DNA from: Cyanophora paradoxa CCMP329
Taxonomy: Eukaryota > Plantae > Glaucophyta
Length of the DNA stretch: 64,000 bases
NCBI GenBank assembly: GCA_004431415.1
Contig: QPMI01000408.1
Location: forward strand, 806,001 to 870,000
Direction of reading: 5' to 3'
Shown piece by piece: positions 59,042 through 64,000 of this stretch (position 1 is the first letter of the stretch; the number at the start of each line of letters is the position of its first letter). The position numbers and the translations under genes are program-made. The notes under the pieces are model-generated. The model was not told the origin of the DNA. It saw nothing but the letters and a program-made list of their open reading frames with translations, and did not search any database.

Positions 59042-62000
59042 ATGCCCCGCGCCGTTAGCATTCAATCCACTAAGTTGAGACAACGTATTCTTTCAAAGCT
59101 TGGCTATGGTTTCGCAAACGGGTTTCTGACAGAAGAGCAGTTCAATGCTTTCGGAAACTTTGCCTTTGTACGACGACCGAGGCTAAATGCTCTGAATGAC
59201 ATTGAGCAAACAATCGATAATATCGTAGCACGTGGTGAGGGAAGACTTGACCAACAGAACGAGATCGAGAGGTTCGGTAATATTGATGTTATTGAGGGTG
59301 GAAAAAAGAAGACGAAAGCGGAGCGGATCGCTGAAAAACGCAGCAAGAGATCAGAGAGGAAGCAAGAGAAAAAGGCAAAGAGGGCAGAGAGAGCCGCTAA
59401 AAATGTGGAGAAGCAGGAGGCGAAACAACAGCGGGCAAAGGAGCGCAGACAGCGCAGTGAGACCGAGATTATGCAAGCCATGAATAATCTTGTGGTTGAG
59501 CTCACATGGAAAAACCCAGAACAAACAAAATTAAATCTGTCCATGAATTCGTTGACAAACGTATAGGATGGAATGAGTATTACGATCGCTTCCACAATGC
59601 AGTAAGGGAAAGACGTGGGATTAAATTCCACCTGACAGCCAAAGCGGTTTATAAGAAGAAACTCACAATCAATGGAAGATGGACAGGTAAATATGGATTC
59701 GATACATACACAAATATTACCACAAGATACTATCTTATTCTGAATGATCGCCAGGTTAAAACCAATGTTGATGATTCAGTAGATGATCTACAAGAAATTC
59801 TTGAATCCAATCCCAGCGGTGAGTTAGAGACGATCATTGAGCTACAACTACAAATACTCACCTATCAGCCAATAGCAGGCAGTTCTTACATTCCGCTTCC
59901 AAAGGAAATAGAATTGAAAAAGGCGGTCATCAATCCGAGAAACGACGACCAGAAATGCTTTGCATGGGCTGTGACTATTGGGCTACACCACCATGAATTA
60001 TCACATAAGCATCGTTACGATGTGAAGCGATACAGGAAATATGAGAACGAATTTAATTGGGATAGCTTCGAGTTCCCATTAAAGAACAACCCTCGTGAAT
60101 ACGAAAGGGCTTCTAAAATGGTGGGACGACCGATTAATGTATACTCTCTCGAAAAAGACGAGGAAACAAAATTATTGCGGGTTGTTCCAATCCATGTATG
60201 CATGGATCCCAGCAGGCAACATGAGACTATTGACATTCTCGTTTGGGGTGACGAGAAATCAGACACGATGCATTATGGTTTCATTTCCAGCCTGTCTCGT
60301 CTCATCCCCAGCTCGCACCACGGGACAACTCACTTCTGTAAGGCGTGTTTGAGGGGATTTACGAGCGAGAGAATATTAGAGAACCACATCAGATATAACA
60401 AGTGCTACGATCGTCCAAATGCTACTGTCGATACCATGCCTCCCAGTGGTTCTAAAATCATGTGGGAAGACAAGAAGCATGTCGATAAGACGGTTCACCA
60501 TCCTATATTCATTGTTGGTGATTTCGAGTGCATCTTGCAGAACATAGATGAGAAAAGGGGCGAGAGCACAGATGTTTACCAGAAACACATACCCAGTGGA
60601 TACAAGATTATGGTAATTCACAAGGGTGAGATCATTAAGCAGGTCTTGTATCGGAAACAAAACGCAGAAGACGATGATGAGGTGACCACACACTTTATGG
60701 ACACACTGAGAAAGATGGAGTCTGACTTGCTCGACAGATTGCGGACTGTTGAGCCCATGGTAATGGAGTCTTGCGACAAAGAAGACTTCAAAAATTCGAT
60801 CGCCTGTTATCTCTGTGGTGATGAGTTCGGAACTAAAATTACAGATGCAAAAACAGGAATCACCTACACACCAACAAAGGTTCGCGACCATGATCACATC
60901 ACAGGCAAATATCTCGGTGCAGCTTGCAATACTTGCAATCTAAAACGTCGCATCCAGCCAAAGATTCCAGTAGTTTTCCACAATCTCAAAAGCTATGATG
61001 GACACTACATTCTCAAAGCACTCAGAAATGTCAATAATCCCGGTGGGGAAATTCGGTGTATAGCTCAGAATTTCGAGAAGTTCGTAGCTTTCGATGTGGG
61101 GGCTTACAAATTCATGGATTCTCTTAATTTCATGGCTTCCAGTCTCGACAGTCTCGTGAAGAATCTCAGTAGCGAAAATTTCAAGTTCACTAATGAGTGG
61201 TGTGACTCCATGAAATACACACAGGAACAGCGGGAACTACTGATGAAAAAGGGACACTTTCCTTACGATTACCTTGACAGTTTGGAGAAACTCAATGAGA
61301 CACAGCTACCACCCAAAGATGCGTTTTACTCGAAATTAAATGATACTGAGCTGAGCAACGAGGACTACGCCCATTGTACGAAGGTATGGAATTCTTTCAA
61401 TTGCAAGACTCTTGGAGATTATCACGATATCTATCTTGCTACCGATGTGGCACTACTTGCAGACGTTTTCAATACCTTCCGTGATGTTTGCTACGATCAA
61501 TATAAGATTGACCCGATCCATTTCGTCTCAGCACCTCACCTGTCGTGGTATGCAATGTTGAAGTATACAGGTGTTGAGTTGGAACAACTCGATGACCCCG
61601 AAATGTATCGGTTCTTTGAGATGGGAATTCGTGGAGGCACCTCAATGATTTCCACACGATATGGAGAGGCGAATAATCCCTATATGGAGTCTTACGATCC
61701 ATCAAAACCGACGAAGTATATCATGCCTTGGGATGCTAACAATCTTTATGGCAAGGCGATGAGTTTCAAGCTTCCGAGTGGTGGGTTTGATTGGATCAAT
61801 GATGTTGAAAATTTCGATTACATGGGATTTGATGCAGAAGGCGAACAAGGAGCAACATTAGAGGTCGACTTAGAATATCCCGAGCATCTACACGATCTAC
61901 ACAACGATCTCCCGCTTGCCCCTGAGTCGCTTGTAGTTGTGAGCTCGATGCTTTCAGCGAAACAGCTCGAAATGATTGGAGAGGAGAAGCTACCAGAAAT

Positions 62001-63024
62001 TCGCAAATTGGTTCCAAATCTCATGGACAAAAAGAACTATATCGTCCACATTAAGAACTTGCAGTATTACGTGAAGAAGGGTATGAGGGTTACGAAAGTG
62101 CATCGTGGTGTTATTTTCGATCAATCGGAATGGTTGAAGTCTTACATTGATTTCAATACGAAACTGAGAACACGAGCAGCCAATGATTTCGAGAAGGACT
62201 TCTACAAGCTCATGAATAACTCAGTTTTCGGGAAGACCATGGAAAATGTCCGAAAGCGAAGCAACATCAAGCTTTGCAGTGATCCAAAGAAGCAGCTAAA
62301 ACACAATGGCAACCCATTGTTGAAGACAATGAAAATCATCAATGAGAATCTCACAGCTTTGGAGTTCTATAAGGGTTCCATTCTCTTGGACAAACCGATT
62401 TATGTGGGTCAAGCCATCTTGGATCTTTCAAAACTGATCATGTATGAGTTCCACTACGACTACATCATGGTGAAGTATGGCAAGGATCGGGCAAGACTTC
62501 TCATGACCGATACCGACTCGTTGTATTATGTGATTGAAACCCAGGACATCTACAAGGATATGAATGAAGATTCGCATTGGTTTGATCAATCCGATTATAG
62601 CAAATCACACATTAGCTACAACCCAAAGAATAAGAAAGTTCCCGGTTTATTCAAAGACGACAGCACTGATTATCTTGTTACAGGGTTTGCAGGAATCAAG
62701 CCGAAGGCATACTCTTACGAGAAAGAGTTAAATGTTAAGGCTCTTGGTCTCGATGTGGATGGGGAGAAGAAAACTGTTAAAAAGTTGAAGGGAGTTCAGA
62801 GGTCAGTAGTGCAGAACAAGTTAGTGTTCCAGCAATACTACAACACTGTCATGCATCCTATGAATGAGCAAGAGCCAGTAACAGTTAGAGGCTTCCGATC
62901 AAAGAACCACGAGGTAACAACGCAGGAAATGAAGAAACGGGCATTTAATGCGCTCGATACTAAGAGGTATCTTTGTGATGATCTCTACAATACTCTTGCG
63001 ATTGGACACTATCGCTCGCGTTAG
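59042..63024 (+). CDS. polB: Protein-primed family B DNA polymerase (TP region, vOTU-like, C2H2, exonuclease with EndoVII-like insert, polymerase); probable frameshift near 59510
   Basis: DFEC, VRDHDHITGKYLGAACNTCN, FHNLKSYDGH, KGHFPYDY, YLATDV, DANNLYG, KLMNNSVFGKT, MTDTDS. Confidence 0.95.
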
Positions 63025-63066
63025 GGTCGCTTGCGTGCCGCAAACAAAAACCCAATAGATATATAA

Positions 63067-64000
63067 ATGGATCAGGTGCTAAGCTATACCAAATACCGAC
63101 AGAAACTGATAAATGATGGTGTTAAATTTGATGAGGAAGAACTACGGAAACGTTACAGAAACCAGGAAATTGAGCAGATCTTTAAGAAACCGAAGAAACA
63201 GAAGACATTTCTAAGAATCGTTGCCCCACCAAATTCGTTCCAGGTGGACGTTATCTTTTTCAAGAACTACAAAACGGGAAATAATGGGATCGATAGGATG
63301 ATGGGATTTATCGACATACTGAGTCGGAAGGCGTTTGTGTATCCTTTTAAAATGGGTGAGTCTAAAATCGATATTTTCAATCGGTTCAAGGTCGAAGCAG
63401 GTAGGGTGAGTGCAATCGCAGGTGATAATGAGTTTTCAGCTCAAATGTATCAGAAATGGTGCGAGGAGAACAATGTCACACTTTATACAGATGTAGCTAA
63501 GAATGACCACATAACAGTAGGTGATAAATTGGGGATTATTGATAGGTTCACAAGGACATTCAAGCAGTATTTAAGAAAGGCAATTGCATCAAGTGGAAAC
63601 CCTAAGTGGACAGACTACTACAAAGAGGTTCTCGCAACCTACAACAATAGCCCTCATACTTCTTTAAAGAATGATTCCCCCAATGCAGTGTATGGTAATA
63701 GAGACAAGGAGTCATTTATATATTTCCGCGATTCCATGCATAATAAAAGTATAAGAGAAGGCATGCCTGATGTTAAAGAGGGTGATTATGTTCGTGCTGT
63801 GACAGAGAAAAAGGTGTTTGATAAGGAGGGTGCACGATACAGTAAGCAGGTATACAAGGTAGCAGGTAAAGTAGGCAATCGATTTAAATTATTGGAGGAG
63901 AACGATGGAGAGACACCGAAAGAGGTGAGTAGGAACTTTAAGTTGAATGAGTTGCAAAAGGTAGATAAGGACGCAATTGTGAAAATTCCAACCCAGAAAC
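63067..64000 (+). CDS. Retroviral-type (rve) integrase, 3'-partial (not in the ORF track)
   Basis: Manual translation MDQVLSY...SFQVDVIF...FIDILSRKAFVYP...GDNEF...IIDRFTRTFK...YNNSPHTSL...GDYVR. Confidence 0.92.
   Translation, partial: MDQVLSYTKYRQKLINDGVKFDEEELRKRYRNQEIEQIFKKPKKQKTFLRIVAPPNSFQVDVIFFKNYKTGNNGIDRMMGFIDILSRKAFVYPFKMGESKIDIFNRFKVEAGRVSAIAGDNEFSAQMYQKWCEENNVTLYTDVAKNDHITVGDKLGIIDRFTRTFKQYLRKAIASSGNPKWTDYYKEVLATYNNSPHTSLKNDSPNAVYGNRDKESFIYFRDSMHNKSIREGMPDVKEGDYVRAVTEKKVFDKEGARYSKQVYKVAGKVGNRFKLLEENDGETPKEVSRNFKLNELQKVDKDAIVKIPTQK

Larger units (their letters stand above)
53061..64000. mobile_element. Endogenous Polinton/Maverick-like virus; left end approximate, continues beyond the window
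   Basis: AT-rich, intronless, gene-dense cluster of packaging ATPase, MCP, penton, pPolB and rve integrase, preceded by a repeat-rich terminal region. Confidence 0.9.

Noticed and set aside
59500-59520. Programmed -1 frameshift in pPolB (and in the ATPase and penton)
   Set aside because: Non-canonical slippery site; homopolymer indels also separate the two retrotransposon copies throughout, so sequencing error is more likely

Overview
Eukaryotic (probably protist) GC-rich genomic window made mostly of nested mobile DNA. (1) There are two near-identical copies of an ~11.4-kb tyrosine-recombinase (DIRS-order, PAT/Ngaro-type) retrotransposon on the minus strand: <1-20391 and 26067-37429. Each has split direct repeats (A1-ORFs-B1-A2-spacer-B2) and encodes RT (YIDD), RNase H, a degenerate MT-like domain and YR. 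Its gag-like gene appears to carry several short spliceosomal introns, and one 5' splice site could yield Gag, Gag-Pol or Gag-YR. (2) Copy 1 is interrupted by a 9.7-kb non-coding foldback element (6088-15803; ~3.2-kb inverted arms, GTGGG target duplication, central 4x~705-bp array). (3) Copy 2 sits exactly in the 3' splice acceptor of a large, many-intron host gene for a secreted FN3-like repeat protein (44306 to ~22941). That gene runs in frame into an unrelated-looking intronless ORF. (4) Next come a hAT-type MITE and a one-intron LRR-like gene. (5) The AT-rich right end is an endogenous Polinton/Maverick-like virus (ATPase, major and minor capsid, pPolB, rve integrase) that runs off the window and seems to have truncated a second pPolB-like gene. 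Many single-base homopolymer frameshifts are most likely sequencing errors. All protein calls come from motif recognition by eye; no searches were run.
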